Positions 1 to 11,747 of a stretch of DNA of 64,000 nt are shown piece by piece. The stretch is taken from NCBI GenBank assembly GCA_963664825.1, contig OY761614.1, positions 2,944,001 to 3,008,000 of the forward strand, read 5' to 3'. A program made the translations under genes and the position numbers. The notes beneath the pieces were generated by a model that made no database searches, was not told the origin of the DNA, and saw only the letters and a list, made by a program, of their open reading frames with translations. Position 1 is the first letter of the stretch. Every line of letters starts with the position of its first letter. This DNA comes from an uncultured Holophaga sp. (lineage in GTDB: Bacteria > Acidobacteriota > Holophagae > Holophagales > Holophagaceae).

Positions 1-2
1 GA

Positions 3-482
3 CTGAAGCTCCTGCTGGAAAATCCGGCCGAACTGGGCGCCGATCGCATCGTCAATGCCGTCGCGGGTCTGGCCCGCTACGGGGCGCCCCTCATCGCGCT
101 CGATTTCGGCACGGCCACCACCTTCGATATCGTGAACGCCCAGCGGGAATACCTGGGCGGCATCATACTACCGGGCCTCAAGATCGCCGCGGAAGCCCTC
201 TTCCAGAGGGCCTCCCGCCTCCCGAGGGTGGAGATCGCCGAGCCCGAACACCTGGTGGGCCGCAATACCGTCCAGGCCATGCAGTCGGGCCTCTTCTACG
301 GCTACGTGGGCCAGGTGGATGGCATCCTGGAGCGGTTGTTCAAGGAATATCCCGATTGCCCCGTGGTGGCCACCGGAGGCCTCGCCAAGATCATCGCCCC
401 CGCCAGCCGCTACATCCACAACGTCGAACCGGATCTGACCCTGGAGGGCTTGAAGATCCTGTGGATGAAGAACAGGAAATGA
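3..482 (+). CDS. coaX: Type III pantothenate kinase (5'-partial)
   Basis: Frame open from the window edge; LGADR, DFGTATT, GGIILPG and NTVQAMQSG motifs. Confidence 0.93.
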   Translation: MKLLLENPAELGADRIVNAVAGLARYGAPLIALDFGTATTFDIVNAQREYLGGIILPGLKIAAEALFQRASRLPRVEIAEPEHLVGRNTVQAMQSGLFYGYVGQVDGILERLFKEYPDCPVVATGGLAKIIAPASRYIHNVEPDLTLEGLKILWMKNRK

Positions 483-1180
483 CCCTTCCCCTGATCCGCC
501 TATCGTTGGTGGATTCCACCCAGTCCTTCCTGGCCCGTCATCCGGAGCTGGGCTGCTGCGGGGTCTTGGCCGACGCCCAGAGCGAGGGCCGGGGCAGGGG
601 GGAGCACCGCTGGGAGAGCGCGCCGGGGGCAGGTCTCTGGCTTTCGGTGGCCCTGCCCAGGCCGGAGGTAGCTCCGGGGCTCCTGCTCCAGCGGGCCATG
701 GGGGCCGTGGCGGAGCTGCTGGAGCCCTGCGGCCTGAGGCTGGGCCTGAAGTGGCCCAACGATCTCGTGGCCTGGCGTGAGGGGAAGCTGGTGAAGTTGG
801 GTGGCATCATCGGCGAACAGAAGGGCGAAGGGGTGCTCCTCGGCCTGGGCCTGAATCTCCGGGCGGCGCCTTCCATCCCTGGGCGCGCCATTCCGCCCGC
901 CTCGCTGATCGAACTGGGCGCCAGGGATCTGCCGGAGGCACCTGCGCTCGCCCGGGCCATCCTGGAGGCCTGGGAGGATCTCACCGTGATCCCCAGGCCC
1001 GCCTTCCGCTGGCCCGGGAAGGGCGATGCCATCGCCTGGGAGGAGGGCGAGGGCCTCTGCGAGGGCTGGCGGGAGGATGGCCAGCTCGCCGTGAGCACGG
1101 CCCAGGGGCTTCGAAACCTCAGCGGGGGCGATGTGAGGGGCCTGTCCTATGCGGAGGGCTCCGTCAATCCCCATTCCTGA
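479..1180 (+). CDS. birA: Biotin--[acetyl-CoA-carboxylase] ligase (no HTH)
   Basis: DSTQ, QSEGRGR, KWPNDL and KLGGI motifs; ATGA overlap with the coaX stop. Confidence 0.9.
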   Translation: MTLPLIRLSLVDSTQSFLARHPELGCCGVLADAQSEGRGRGEHRWESAPGAGLWLSVALPRPEVAPGLLLQRAMGAVAELLEPCGLRLGLKWPNDLVAWREGKLVKLGGIIGEQKGEGVLLGLGLNLRAAPSIPGRAIPPASLIELGARDLPEAPALARAILEAWEDLTVIPRPAFRWPGKGDAIAWEEGEGLCEGWREDGQLAVSTAQGLRNLSGGDVRGLSYAEGSVNPHS

Positions 1181-1440
1181 AGGGCCCCCAGCAGGCGCTT
1201 CAGCTGCTGGGTCTCGGTGGTGTGGAAGCGGCTCACCAGCTTCCAGCCCTGGGCCACTTTCTGGTAGCGGTGCAGCCAGAGGAAGGGCCCTTCCCAGGCC
1301 GCCTCAGGCCCATTGCGCGTCTTCACCAGGAAGGCCACCGAGGTCCAGGGGCCGCGGCTGAGCACCTGGCGGCCCAGTTCTTCGAGCCCTGTATCCTCGT
1401 CATGTTCCAGGATCAGGTCGTCGATATCGGGGATGAACAT
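1147..1440 (-). CDS. Hypothetical protein (97 aa)
   Basis: GGAGA RBS before ATG; globular-looking composition; fills the gap between birA and HIT. Confidence 0.65.
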   Translation of the reverse strand: MFIPDIDDLILEHDEDTGLEELGRQVLSRGPWTSVAFLVKTRNGPEAAWEGPFLWLHRYQKVAQGWKLVSRFHTTETQQLKRLLGALQEWGLTEPSA

Positions 1441-1534
1441 GGGGTCTCCTTGGATGGGGCATTTTCCCACGGAAACCTGAAGCCTCCGTCCTCCGGCTTA
1501 GAGTGGGTGCAAGATGGGGGATCAAGGGGGACCC

Positions 1535-1885
1535 ATGGCTGATCCGAACTGCCTCTTCTGCAAGATCGCGTCCAAACAGATTCCATCGACCATCCTCTTC
1601 GAGGACGAGCAGGTGTTGGCCTTCCGGGATATCTCGCCCCAGGTGCCGGTGCATGTGCTCATCGTGCCCAAGCTCCATGTGGCGGGCCTGGACGCCCTGA
1701 CCGAGGCCCATGGGGCCCTGGTGGGCCATATCGCCCTGGTGGCTCAGAAGCTGGCACAGGAACTGGGTGTGGCCAAGAGCGGATACCGCCTGGTGGCCAA
1801 TTCCGGCCCCGATGCCGGCCAGACCGTGTTTCATCTGCATTTTCATCTGCTGGGCGGGGCGCCCATGGCCGGGAAGATGGTCTGA
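1535..1885 (+). CDS. Histidine triad (HIT) nucleotide-binding protein
   Basis: CLFCKI, AFRDISPQ and GQTVFHLHFHLLGG motifs. Confidence 0.95.
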   Translation: MADPNCLFCKIASKQIPSTILFEDEQVLAFRDISPQVPVHVLIVPKLHVAGLDALTEAHGALVGHIALVAQKLAQELGVAKSGYRLVANSGPDAGQTVFHLHFHLLGGAPMAGKMV

Positions 1886-2003
1886 GGCCTTGGGTGAACT
1901 TCTCGGATAGGGGAAGGGGCTGAACCCGGACGCCTGAAAAAAAATCTTTTCGGACTGGGGAAACAGCCTCGATCGTCCGAAAGATACCCTGAGGCCCCTC
2001 CAC

Positions 2004-5000
2004 GTGATTCTTCGATTTCCGGTCATCCGGCTCCTCCTGGCGAGCGCCCTGCTCGCGGGCGGGGCCCTGGCAGCGCTGGATCCTGCCCCCTCCCGGGCTA
2101 TCGAAGCGACGGGCCGTCCGGCCCTCAGGGTCTTCACCGACAAGGACGGACTGCCCCAGAATTCCGTGGAGGCCCTGGCCATGGACCAGAGGGGCTACCT
2201 CTGGATCGGCACCCAGGATGGGGTCGCCCGCTACAACGGGCGGTCCTGGACGCGGGTTGCCATGCCCGTTCAGGAACAGAGCCGCTGGGTCCGATCGATC
2301 CTGGCGGCTTCGGATGGCAGCCTGTGGTTCGGTCAGGTCAATGGGGGCGTGGTGGCCCTCCGGAATGGGGTCTGGCAGAGCTTTGCGATCGCCGCGGGGG
2401 TGGCCTCGGGTCAGGTCCGCTGCCTGGCGGAGCGACTCGATGGCCGCATCCTGGCCGGCACCAGCCTGGGGGTCTTCCAATGGGATGGCCGGAGCTGGAG
2501 CCCTGTGCGGGATCCCGGGGGGCGGCCCATGGGGACCGTGCTCTCGATCCGGGAGGTCCGGGAACCGGGGCGGCCTCCCGTGCTCTGGATCGGGACCGAG
2601 CAGGGACTCGCCCAGGTGGGGCCCACGGGACCCTGGCACTGGTTCACGGTCCGGGATGGTCTGCCCTCCAATAGCGTCTCGAGCCTCTTGGAGACCCGTG
2701 AACCCGATGGCCAGACCCTGCTCTGGGTCGGAACCGCTCGGGGGCTGGCCAGGTGGGACGGCCATGGCTGGAAGGCCTATGGCCCTCGCGAGGGCCTGCC
2801 CACCAATGCCGTGAATCAGATCGTCCAGTCGACTTCGTCCGGAGGGGCTCGCACCCTCTGGCTGGCCACCAACGAAGGCCTCGCCTACCGCGAAAGAGGC
2901 CGGTGGCAGATCCTGGATACGGGCTCCGGATTCCCCAACCGGGTGGTGCGGAGTCTCTGGATTGAGGAGGCACCGGGAGGGCGTCACACCGTCTGGGCCG
3001 GCACCTTCGGGGGGTTGGTGCGCCTGGCCAGGGGGGGGTGGACCACCTTCGATCGCCAGACGGGGCTGCCCGATAATTCGGTCTTCGGGATCCTGGAGAG
3101 CCGCCTGGGAGCGGGTTTCTGGATGGCCACCCTGGGGGGAGGGCTGGCTCACTTCCAGCAAGGCAGGTGGACCAGCTTCGGCCCCAATTCCCTGGTGCCC
3201 GATCGCCAGATCCTATCCCTGCTGGAGACCCGTTCGGAGCGTGGCCAGCCTGTGCTCTGGATCGGCAGCGGGGGAGGGGGCGTCCTTCGGCTGGAGGAGG
3301 GTCGGGTCACCCGGAGCGCGGAAGCCACGGGTCTGCCGGATGCCTGGGTCTTCGAATTGGCCGAAATCCAGGGGGCGGATGGTCAGAAGGAAATTTGGGC
3401 CGGCACCCGGAAGGGCCCCGCCCGCCTGAGGGGGGGGCGGTGGGAATGGCCCGAAGGAGCTCAGGCGCTCCCCTGGGGCACCGTGATGGCCATCCGGCAG
3501 GGAGCCGCCCCCGGAGGAGGCCAGGGGGTATGGGTGGGCACCCGGGGCCAGGGGGTCTACCTGTTCCAGGGGGGGCGCTGGACCCAATTCTCCAACCGGG
3601 AAGGGTTGCCCGATGCCCGCGTGACGAGCCTGACCCTCATTCCCGATGGGACCCAGGTCGTTTGGCTCTGGGTGGGGACCTTGAACGGCCTCTGGCGCAG
3701 ACGCCTGGACCGCCTGGAGGCCCCCTGGGAGCCGGTGGGGGACCTTCCCAGCCGCCTGGTCTACTCGGTGGTGCCCGATCGGAAGGGGCGGGTCTATGTC
3801 TTCACCCATCGCGGGGTCTGCCAGCTGAGTCCGCGGTCCCCTAGCTCTGAGGATTCCAGGCCTTTCCGGGAGCGGACCTTCACCACGGGTGATGGGCTCC
3901 CCAGCAATGGATGCACTCAGAAATCCGCCCTCCTGGATAGTCTGGGCAGGCTTTGGACGGGGACCGTGGCGGGGGCGGCCATGTACAACCCGGAGGAGGA
4001 GGCCTCCGATCCCACTGCGAAGCCCTTCCATTTCGAACGCATTCTGGCGGGGAACCGCTCCCTGGAAGGCCCTCAGGCCTTCCAGGTGGATTGGCGTCGG
4101 CCAAGCGTCCTCTTCGAATTCGCACTCCTCAGCTACTACCGGGAGGAGGACACCCAGTATTGCTCCCAGCTCGAAGGTCTCGAGGCCGAGCCGACGCCCT
4201 GGACCCGGGACGGGAAGCGGGAATATCCCTCCCTTCCGCCGGGGGCCTACACGTTCAAGGTGTGGGCGGTGGATGGCGCGGGCCACGCCAGTGAGCCACT
4301 CTCGGCCTCCTTCCGGGTCCTGCCCGCCCCCTGGGAGACCTGGTGGGCTCGGGGGCTCTATGGCTTCGGGGCAGTGGGCTTGGTTCTGGCGCTCCTCTGG
4401 GGGCGCAGTCGGGTGCTCAAGGCCCGGAACCTGGAGCTCGAGCAGAAGGTCCAGGCGCGCACGGGGGAATTGATCGAGGCGATGTCGGATCTGGAAAGCG
4501 CCCGGGAGGAGGCCACCCAGGCCAATGATGCGAAATCCTTCTTCCTGGCCACCATGAGTCACGAGATCCGCACCCCCCTCAATGGCATCCTCGGGATGTC
4601 CGGGGCCCTGTTGGATACCTCCCTGAATGCGGTCCAGCGCGAATTCTCCGAGACCATCCACGGATCCAGCGAGAGCCTGCTCCTGATCCTCAACGAGATC
4701 CTGGATTTCTCGAAGGTGGAATCCGGACACCTGGAATTGGAGGAAATCCCCTTCGATCCGGTGGCCGAACTGGAGGAATGCCTGGGGCTCTTCGCCGAGG
4801 CCGCTCAGCGCAAGGGCCTGGAATTGGTGGGGCGTTTCGACCCAGGCCTGCCCCAGCGTGTGATCGGGGATCCCGGGCGCTTCCGCCAGCTGGCCGCGAA
4901 CCTCCTGGGCAACGCGGTGAAGTTCACCCTGGAAGGCGAGGTGCGCCTGCATCTGGAAGCCTTGGCCGGGGAACCAGGGCAGACGCTTTCCCTGCGGCTG

Positions 5001-6401
5001 GAAGTCCGGGACTCGGGCATCGGGATCTCGCCGGAGGCCGCTGCGCGCTTGTTCAATCCCTTCGTGCAGGCCGAGCGCTCCACCACCCGGAAGTTCGGCG
5101 GGACCGGGCTGGGCCTGGCCATCTGCAAACGGGTCGCGGAGCGCATGGGGGGCCAGATCCAGGTCGAAAGCGACGTGGGACAGGGCAGCCGGTTCATCTG
5201 CGAAATCCCCTTCCGGGTGGAGGAGGCCCGGCTGAATTCCTGGGAGCCCCTTCCGGAGGGCCTGCGGGTGCTGGTCCACGATCCCAACCTGGCGGTGCGG
5301 GAGGCCGTTCTGGAAAGGCTCCGGGCCTGGGAGGTGGAAGCCCTGGCCACCGGCAACGCCCAGGAACTCGAGAGGCTCTGCCAAGACGAGGGGCGTGCCT
5401 TTGATCTGGTGCTCCTGGGCCTGCCCCCCCTGGAAGCCGACCCCGTCCAGGCCCTGGAGCCCCTTGAAAAGGCTGGCGTGCCGGTGGTCCTGCTGGTGGG
5501 CATCGCGGCCATCGCCGCCGCGGAGCGCCTCCGGGGCAGCGGGCGGGCCGCCTATCTCACCAAACCCCTGCGGATCTCCAGGCTGCGGCAGGCCTTGCGG
5601 CAATGCCTGGAGCCCCTGGACCGGGATCCCGAGACTCAAGGGATCCGGGGGCAAGTGCTCGTGGTCGATGACAACGCCACCAACCGCAAGGTGGCCGAGC
5701 TCCATCTGAAGGCCCTCGGCTTCGGGTGCAGATTAGCCGAGAGCGCCGAAGAGGCCCTGGGGATCCTGAAATCCGAAGCCTTCGAGATCGTCCTCATGGA
5801 CTGCGAAATGCCCGGCGTCGATGGGTTCGAAGCCGCTCGGCGGATTCGGGAGCAGGAGGCTCCCGGCACCCATCAGATCATCCTGGCGCTGACGGCGAAC
5901 TCCGTGGAGGGGGCCCGGGAACGCTGCGTGGCCGCGGGCATGGACGGATATCTCACCAAGCCCTTGCACCGGGAGCCCCTGAACGCCGCCCTCAGTCGTT
6001 GGCTCCAGGTCTCTGCCCCCGTGCCGCCTGTGGAGGCACCGGAAGGGGAAATCCTGCTGGACGCCCACGCCTGGGAGGGCCTGGCCTACCTGGAAAAGGC
6101 CTCGGGGCCCGGCGCCATCCGGGAGGTGGTCGAGGACTTCCAAAAGGATGTGCATGCCCGCCTGGAGCGCATGCAGGCGGCTCTCGAAGGGGGAAAGCTG
6201 GAAGAACTGGGGCGCCTGGCCCATGACCTGAAATCCAATGCCGCCACCCTCGGGGCCCTGGAACTCTCGGCCCGTGGCGCCGAGATCGAGCGTGGGGCTC
6301 GGGAGGGCGCACCTCTCGATTTCGCGGGCCTCCTGCAAGGCTGTCGCCTCCAGGTGCCGGCCCTGCTCCGCCTGCTCCAGAGCCGGATACCCCCTCTTTA
6401 G
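2004..6401 (+). CDS. Hybrid sensor kinase: beta-propeller + Y_Y_Y, HisKA, HATPase, pseudo-REC, REC, Hpt
   Basis: Signal peptide; repeated LW.GT..GL / DGLP.N blades; [42 protein letters not shown]. Confidence 0.93.
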   Translation: MILRFPVIRLLLASALLAGGALAALDPAPSRAIEATGRPALRVFTDKDGLPQNSVEALAMDQRGYLWIGTQDGVARYNGRSWTRVAMPVQEQSRWVRSILAASDGSLWFGQVNGGVVALRNGVWQSFAIAAGVASGQVRCLAERLDGRILAGTSLGVFQWDGRSWSPVRDPGGRPMGTVLSIREVREPGRPPVLWIGTEQGLAQVGPTGPWHWFTVRDGLPSNSVSSLLETREPDGQTLLWVGTARGLARWDGHGWKAYGPREGLPTNAVNQIVQSTSSGGARTLWLATNEGLAYRERGRWQILDTGSGFPNRVVRSLWIEEAPGGRHTVWAGTFGGLVRLARGGWTTFDRQTGLPDNSVFGILESRLGAGFWMATLGGGLAHFQQGRWTSFGPNSLVPDRQILSLLETRSERGQPVLWIGSGGGGVLRLEEGRVTRSAEATGLPDAWVFELAEIQGADGQKEIWAGTRKGPARLRGGRWEWPEGAQALPWGTVMAIRQGAAPGGGQGVWVGTRGQGVYLFQGGRWTQFSNREGLPDARVTSLTLIPDGTQVVWLWVGTLNGLWRRRLDRLEAPWEPVGDLPSRLVYSVVPDRKGRVYVFTHRGVCQLSPRSPSSEDSRPFRERTFTTGDGLPSNGCTQKSALLDSLGRLWTGTVAGAAMYNPEEEASDPTAKPFHFERILAGNRSLEGPQAFQVDWRRPSVLFEFALLSYYREEDTQYCSQLEGLEAEPTPWTRDGKREYPSLPPGAYTFKVWAVDGAGHASEPLSASFRVLPAPWETWWARGLYGFGAVGLVLALLWGRSRVLKARNLELEQKVQARTGELIEAMSDLESAREEATQANDAKSFFLATMSHEIRTPLNGILGMSGALLDTSLNAVQREFSETIHGSSESLLLILNEILDFSKVESGHLELEEIPFDPVAELEECLGLFAEAAQRKGLELVGRFDPGLPQRVIGDPGRFRQLAANLLGNAVKFTLEGEVRLHLEALAGEPGQTLSLRLEVRDSGIGISPEAAARLFNPFVQAERSTTRKFGGTGLGLAICKRVAERMGGQIQVESDVGQGSRFICEIPFRVEEARLNSWEPLPEGLRVLVHDPNLAVREAVLERLRAWEVEALATGNAQELERLCQDEGRAFDLVLLGLPPLEADPVQALEPLEKAGVPVVLLVGIAAIAAAERLRGSGRAAYLTKPLRISRLRQALRQCLEPLDRDPETQGIRGQVLVVDDNATNRKVAELHLKALGFGCRLAESAEEALGILKSEAFEIVLMDCEMPGVDGFEAARRIREQEAPGTHQIILALTANSVEGARERCVAAGMDGYLTKPLHREPLNAALSRWLQVSAPVPPVEAPEGEILLDAHAWEGLAYLEKASGPGAIREVVEDFQKDVHARLERMQAALEGGKLEELGRLAHDLKSNAATLGALELSARGAEIERGAREGAPLDFAGLLQGCRLQVPALLRLLQSRIPPL

Positions 6402-6459
6402 CTCTTGCCGGGAATTCCCGAGCGGCCCTGGGGCATACTCAATCCCAGGGAGGTTCCCC

Positions 6460-7908
6460 ATGATTCCCCTTCTGGACGCAGCTGCGATGAGGCGCGTGGA
6501 GCAGGAAGCCATTTCCGCCTGGGGTGTGTCCTCCCTGGTGCTTCAGGAACACGCGGCCCTGGGGGCCCTGGCCCTGATCCCCCCAGGGGAACCGATCCAC
6601 GTGCTGGCCGGACCCGGCAACAACGGGGGGGATGCCCTGGCCCTGGCCCGGCTCGCCCATCTGCGGGGCGAGCGCGTGGAGGTGTGGGCCCTGGAGGCCA
6701 GTCCCCTCTGGAAGGGGGATGCCGCCCTCCAGGCCGCCCTCTGGGAGGGGTTGGGCGGCACGTACCGCTTCACCTCCACCCCCATCGCCGTGATCGGCGG
6801 CTTCCGGGGCTGGGTGGTGGATGGGCTCTTCGGCCTGGGGGTGCGCCTGCCCCTGGAGGGGCTGGCCAAGGCCTGGGTCCTGGCTCTCCAGGATTCCGGC
6901 CAGGAGGCCCCCTTCCAGGTGCTGGCCCTGGATCTGCCTTCGGGCCTGGATCCCAGCAGTCCGGACATGGCAGGCCCCGTGCTCCCGGCCCACAGGACGG
7001 CCTGCTTCGGCCACCTGAAGGTCTGCCATGGGCTCCGGCCCGCAAAGGACTGCTGCGGCGCCATCTCCGTCATCCCAATCCCGCTGCGGGCGGAGCCCCG
7101 GGCCTCGCTCGCGCTGTTGGAGAGGCCCGGGAAGGCTCTGATGGGGCCCTGGGATAGTCACAAGGGGACCTTCGGCCACCTGGCGATCCGGGCAGGCAGC
7201 CCCGGCATGAGCGGAGCCGCCGTGCTGGCGGCCCTGGGCGCCCTCCGCATGGGAGCCGGTCTCGTGACGGTGCTGGTGCCTGCGGAATTGCGGGCCGAGA
7301 TCGCCTCCCAGGTGCCGGAGGCCATGGTGCGCGTCTGGGAGGGCAGGGTCCCCGAGGGCATCGACGCGTTCCTGGTGGGGCCCGGTGGCGTGGCGGAGAT
7401 CCCGGAATGGGCCGGCCCCCTGGTCCTGGATGCCTCGGCCCTGGTTCCGGGGGAGGGCCCCAGGTGGATGGGCCGCCCCGAAACGGTGCTGACGCCCCAT
7501 CCTGGCGAATTCAGTCGGCTCTTTGGCATGGCCAAGCCCCTGGGCCCTGGGACCTCCGAGCGCCTCGCCTGGGCCCGGCAGGTGGCTCAGGGGCCCGGCA
7601 TCCTGGTGCTCAAGGGCGCCCAGACGCTCATCGCAGGGGGCCCTTCAGACCAGGTCTGGGTCAATCCCACCGGGCATTCGGGGCTCTCCACCGGCGGCAC
7701 CGGGGACTTCCTGGCGGGCATGGTGGCCGCCCAGGTGGGCAGGTGGAAGAAGGCCTCATGCTCCAATGAGATGGGCTTGCGGCGGGCCGTGGCCGAGGCC
7801 GTCTGGCTCCACGGCGCGGCCGCCGACCGCTTGGGCCGGGGCCCCTTGCTGGTGCGGGATTTGGGTGAGAGTCTGGCGGAGCTCTTGAGGGAACTGCATG
7901 CGCAATGA
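6460..7908 (+). CDS. nnr: Bifunctional NAD(P)H-hydrate epimerase/dehydratase
   Basis: GPGNNGGD, LDLPSG, SHKGTFG, LTPHPGEF and GGTGDFLAG motifs. Confidence 0.92.
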   Translation: MIPLLDAAAMRRVEQEAISAWGVSSLVLQEHAALGALALIPPGEPIHVLAGPGNNGGDALALARLAHLRGERVEVWALEASPLWKGDAALQAALWEGLGGTYRFTSTPIAVIGGFRGWVVDGLFGLGVRLPLEGLAKAWVLALQDSGQEAPFQVLALDLPSGLDPSSPDMAGPVLPAHRTACFGHLKVCHGLRPAKDCCGAISVIPIPLRAEPRASLALLERPGKALMGPWDSHKGTFGHLAIRAGSPGMSGAAVLAALGALRMGAGLVTVLVPAELRAEIASQVPEAMVRVWEGRVPEGIDAFLVGPGGVAEIPEWAGPLVLDASALVPGEGPRWMGRPETVLTPHPGEFSRLFGMAKPLGPGTSERLAWARQVAQGPGILVLKGAQTLIAGGPSDQVWVNPTGHSGLSTGGTGDFLAGMVAAQVGRWKKASCSNEMGLRRAVAEAVWLHGAAADRLGRGPLLVRDLGESLAELLRELHAQ

Positions 7909-8341
7909 ACGGAGATTCCTGGCCGACGAGGCCGCCACCGAAGCCCTGGGAGCCGAGCTGGCCCGGCTGACCCCGCCGGGGGGCACGTGGCTTCTGCGGG
8001 GGGAGCTGGGGGCGGGCAAGACCACCTGGGTCCGAGGCTTCCTGGCGGGGCTGGGCGGGGATCCCGACCAGGTGGCCTCCCCCACCTATGCCGTGCTCCA
8101 CCGCTACGAGGTGCCGGGCTGCCATCTCTTCCACCTGGATCTCTACCGGCTGGGGGAGGGCGGCAGCTGGTCCCTGGGCCTGGAGGAACAGGTGCTGCCC
8201 GCGGATTACCTGGTGGTGGAATGGGCCGGACAGGATGGCCCCTGGCCCACGGCCTGGGTGGCGGAACTGGCATTCAGTCCCTCGGGAGAGGGCCGGGAAG
8301 CCCAATGGACATTCCCTGACGCGTCCGGTAGTTCATCCTGA
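7898..8341 (+). CDS. tsaE: tRNA threonylcarbamoyladenosine biosynthesis ATPase
   Basis: GELGAGKTT, SPTY, HLDLYRL and VEW motifs; usual position after nnr. Confidence 0.95.
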   Translation: MRNERRFLADEAATEALGAELARLTPPGGTWLLRGELGAGKTTWVRGFLAGLGGDPDQVASPTYAVLHRYEVPGCHLFHLDLYRLGEGGSWSLGLEEQVLPADYLVVEWAGQDGPWPTAWVAELAFSPSGEGREAQWTFPDASGSSS

Positions 8342-8345
8342 AGGG

Positions 8346-9530
8346 ATGAGCCTCGAACTGATCCTCCTCTCCGCTGGAGTCCTCCTCGCGTTTCTCGCCG
8401 CCCTGGGGGCCTGGCGTCCCCGACGGGAGGGCGAGGCCTTGGCCCGACGGGTGGAGGATGGGGCCAGTCGAAGTCGCATGGAACTCCAACACTTCCTGGC
8501 GACCCAGCTGCTGCCCCTGCGGGAGGAGATGCGCCTGGCCCGGCTGGATCAGGGGGCCCGCCTGGAGGCGCTCCAGAACAAGGTCCAGGAGCGCCTGGAG
8601 AAGATCGGCAGTGCTAACGAACAGAAGCTGGAGGAGATGCGCCGCACGGTCGACGAGCGCCTCCAGGCCACGCTGGAACAGCGTCTGGGCGAAAGCTTCC
8701 GCCTGGTGGGGGAGCGCCTGGAACAGGTGCAGCGGGGGCTCGGCGAGATGCAGGCCCTGGCCCAGGATGTGGGCGGCCTCAAGCGGGCCCTCACCAACGT
8801 GAAGATCCGGGGCGTCCTGGGCGAGGCCCAGCTGGGGGCCCTGCTGGAGCAGTTCCTGGCGCCGGGTCAGTACGCGCCCAATGTGAGGGTGAAGCCCCGC
8901 ACCCAGGAGATGGTGGAATACGCCGTGAAGCTCCCCGGCACTCAGGAAGGGGAACAGGTGTGGCTGCCCATCGATGCCAAGTTCCCCCTGGAGGATTACC
9001 AGCGGTTGGGCGAAGCCTACGAGGCCGGGGACCCGGCCGGGGTGGAAATGGCGGGCAAGGCCCTGGAACAGCGGCTCCTGGGCCAGGGCCGGGAGATCCG
9101 CGACAAGTATCTGGCGCCGCCTTTCACCACGGACTTCGCCATTCTCTTCCTCCCCTTCGAGGGGCTCTTCGCCGAGGCCCTCCGCAGGCCCGGGCTCCTG
9201 GAGCGCCTCCAGCGGGAATGCCGCGTGGTTCTTCTGGGGCCCACGACCCTGACGGCCTTCCTGAACAGCCTCCAGATCGGTTTCAGGACGCTGGCCATCA
9301 CCAAGCGGAGCAGCGAGGTCTGGAAGCTCCTGGGCCACGTGAAGGCCGATTTCGCGAAATTCGGCGAGGCCCTCCAGGCCGTGGATCGCAAGCTGGACGA
9401 GGCCAAGTCGCGCCTGGGCACGGTCTCGGAGCGCAGCCGCATCCTCGGGGAAAGGCTGACGCGGGTGGAATCCCTGCCCGAGGGGGAGGCCATGGCTGAG
9501 GTTTCTGCTTCTGCTGATTTCAGTATGTGA
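8346..9530 (+). CDS. rmuC: DNA recombination protein RmuC
   Basis: N-terminal TM, coiled coil, RGVLGE, PIDAKFP and TTDFAILFLP motifs. Confidence 0.93.
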   Translation: MSLELILLSAGVLLAFLAALGAWRPRREGEALARRVEDGASRSRMELQHFLATQLLPLREEMRLARLDQGARLEALQNKVQERLEKIGSANEQKLEEMRRTVDERLQATLEQRLGESFRLVGERLEQVQRGLGEMQALAQDVGGLKRALTNVKIRGVLGEAQLGALLEQFLAPGQYAPNVRVKPRTQEMVEYAVKLPGTQEGEQVWLPIDAKFPLEDYQRLGEAYEAGDPAGVEMAGKALEQRLLGQGREIRDKYLAPPFTTDFAILFLPFEGLFAEALRRPGLLERLQRECRVVLLGPTTLTAFLNSLQIGFRTLAITKRSSEVWKLLGHVKADFAKFGEALQAVDRKLDEAKSRLGTVSERSRILGERLTRVESLPEGEAMAEVSASADFSM

Positions 9531-9601
9531 TGTAAATAATTACAAAAATTCATCCTCTGATTCAGCGTGGCCGATATAATATTTCCATTCCGGAGGAAAC
9601 C

Positions 9602-11071
9602 ATGGCCACAATCGATATCAGTTCCCAAATGGGGAAGGATTTTTCGGGTGATGTGCTGATCGTTCCGGTTTTCTCTGGGCGAGAACGCCATAGGCTGCCC
9701 CTTGCCATCAGTAAGGTGGCTAGGCAGGTGATGGATGAGCGGGATTTCAAGGCCGACTATCTGGAGCTTGTGCCCCTCCACCATCCCAATGGGGTGAAGG
9801 AATGTCGCTGGATGCTGCTGGTGGGCCTCGGTGAAGAGGAGGCCATCACCCACAACAAGCTCCGGAAGGCCGCCGGCACGGCGGCCCGCCACTGCCTCAA
9901 GAAGGGCTGGAAGGCCGTGGGCCTCATTTCCCCGGCGACCTCCCTCCTGGATCACGACGAAGTCCAGATCGCGGTGCTGGAGGGCGTGATGCTGGCGGAT
10001 TACGATTTCGTGAAATTCAAGGGAAACCCTGAACCCAAGGGCTTCGAGCGGATCGAGGTCTTCACCAATGGCGATGACACCCGCAAGACCCGGCGCCATC
10101 TGCCTCAGATCGAGGCCGGCGTGGCGGCCTGCCACCGGGTCCGGGATCTGGTCAATACCCCCGCGGGTGATCTCTACCCGGAGGCCTTCGCCGATATCGC
10201 CCAGAAGCTGGCCAAGCAGCACAAGCTGGGCATCGAGATCCTGGACGAAGGCGCCCTGGTCCAGGGCGGCTTCAATTGCGTCCTGGCGGTGGGCCAGGGC
10301 TCTGCGAAGCCCCCGAGGGTGATCAAGCTGGAATACAAGCCCAAGGAAAAGGCCAAGAAACACGTGGTGCTCGTGGGCAAGGGCCTCTGCTTCGACGCCG
10401 GCGGCCTCTCCCTGAAGAATGCCTCGGGCATGGAGACGATGAAGGACGATATGACGGGAGCAGCCATCGTGCTGGCGACGCTGGCGGCCTGCGCGGAAAT
10501 GCAGGTTCCGGTCCAGGTGACAGGGATCATGGGACTGGCGGAGAACATGCCTTCGGGCTCCAGCTTCAAGCCCGGCGATGTGCTGCGCAGCCGCAGCGGC
10601 AAGACGATCGAAGTCCTCAATACCGATGCGGAGGGCCGCCTCGTCCTGGCCGATCTCCTCCACTACGCCACGGAACTCGGGGCTGATCACATCGTGGATC
10701 TCGCGACCCTCACCGGCGCCTGTCTGGTGGCCCTGGGCGACGGGGTCTCGGGCATCTTCGGCGAGGACCAGAAGCTCGTGGAACGCCTGCTGGACGCGGG
10801 GAAGGCCACCGGGGAACACCTGTGGCAGCTGCCCCTGGTGCCCGAATATAGGGATGCCCTCAAGAGCCCAATAGCCGACATCAAGAACATCAGCAGCACC
10901 CGCTGGGGCGGTGCCATCAGCGCCGCCATGTTCCTCAAGGACTTCGTGGATCATCCTTCCTGGGCCCACGTGGATCTCTCGGGCAGCTGGTCGAGCTCCG
11001 AACGGGACTACCGGACCCAGGGCGGCAGCGGCGAAGGCCCCCGTTGGCTCCTCGAGTGGCTGATGGCCTAA
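9602..11071 (+). CDS. pepA: Leucyl aminopeptidase (M17)
   Basis: VGKGLCFDAGG, MKDDM, NTDAEGRL and DLATLTGA motifs; GGAGG RBS. Confidence 0.95.
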   Translation: MATIDISSQMGKDFSGDVLIVPVFSGRERHRLPLAISKVARQVMDERDFKADYLELVPLHHPNGVKECRWMLLVGLGEEEAITHNKLRKAAGTAARHCLKKGWKAVGLISPATSLLDHDEVQIAVLEGVMLADYDFVKFKGNPEPKGFERIEVFTNGDDTRKTRRHLPQIEAGVAACHRVRDLVNTPAGDLYPEAFADIAQKLAKQHKLGIEILDEGALVQGGFNCVLAVGQGSAKPPRVIKLEYKPKEKAKKHVVLVGKGLCFDAGGLSLKNASGMETMKDDMTGAAIVLATLAACAEMQVPVQVTGIMGLAENMPSGSSFKPGDVLRSRSGKTIEVLNTDAEGRLVLADLLHYATELGADHIVDLATLTGACLVALGDGVSGIFGEDQKLVERLLDAGKATGEHLWQLPLVPEYRDALKSPIADIKNISSTRWGGAISAAMFLKDFVDHPSWAHVDLSGSWSSSERDYRTQGGSGEGPRWLLEWLMA

Positions 11072-11263
11072 AAAGGTGCTCCCCCGGCAGCAGCCGACGC
11101 GAGTGACGAAGCGGGTAGCGAAGGGTGCACGCACCCGAAGCTGGGACCCGCCGGCACGAGAGGCTGCGTGGAGCCGCGCGAACCAGGCTCGGCTGAAGGC
11201 CGAACTGGAGCGTGCGGCGTCCGGGGGGGCCCGACAAAAAGGTGCCTCCCCCGGCAGCAGCCG
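11070..11263. repeat. Structured intergenic element bounded by a ~27-bp direct repeat
   Basis: AAAAAGGTGC(C)TCCCCCGGCAGCAGCCG at 11070-11096 and 11236-11263; nested inverted repeats between them. Confidence 0.6.
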
Positions 11264-11414
11264 GCCTCGGAGGCTCCGGACGTCCAGAAGTGTCTAACGG
11301 AAAAGGGGGCCGCTTTCCCCTCCTTTTGTGTGAATATGCATGGCAAGCCCTTGACCTCCGGAGCGGATAGGGCTCTTATTGGTTCACACTCTCAATTCTG
11401 CGCTGGAGCCCCCC

Positions 11415-11711
11415 ATGGAAGCGATGGAGACCCTCACCAAAGCTGACCTGTCCAAGCACCTCACGGAGAACCTGGCTTTTCCCAAGAAGGATGCGGACCT
11501 GCTCGTGAACACCTTCCTGCAGTGCATCGTGGGTTCGCTGCACAAGGGCGAGGGCGTTGAACTGCGGGGCTTCGGGAGTTTCCGTCTCCGGGATCGGAAG
11601 GCCCGGCAGGGCCGGAATCCCCGCAGCGGCGAATCCATCGAAGTGCCCCCTAAGCGGGTGGTCTACTTCAAGCTGGGCAAGGAACTGCGCAGCAAACTCA
11701 TCGAAGACTAG
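11415..11711 (+). CDS. HU/IHF family DNA-binding protein
   Basis: TKADL, VELRGFGSF and GRNPRSGE motifs; start could be 11424. Confidence 0.93.
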   Translation: MEAMETLTKADLSKHLTENLAFPKKDADLLVNTFLQCIVGSLHKGEGVELRGFGSFRLRDRKARQGRNPRSGESIEVPPKRVVYFKLGKELRSKLIED

Positions 11712-11747
11712 CTTTTCCCTGCGGGGCAATCCGCCCCATCGGAGGTC

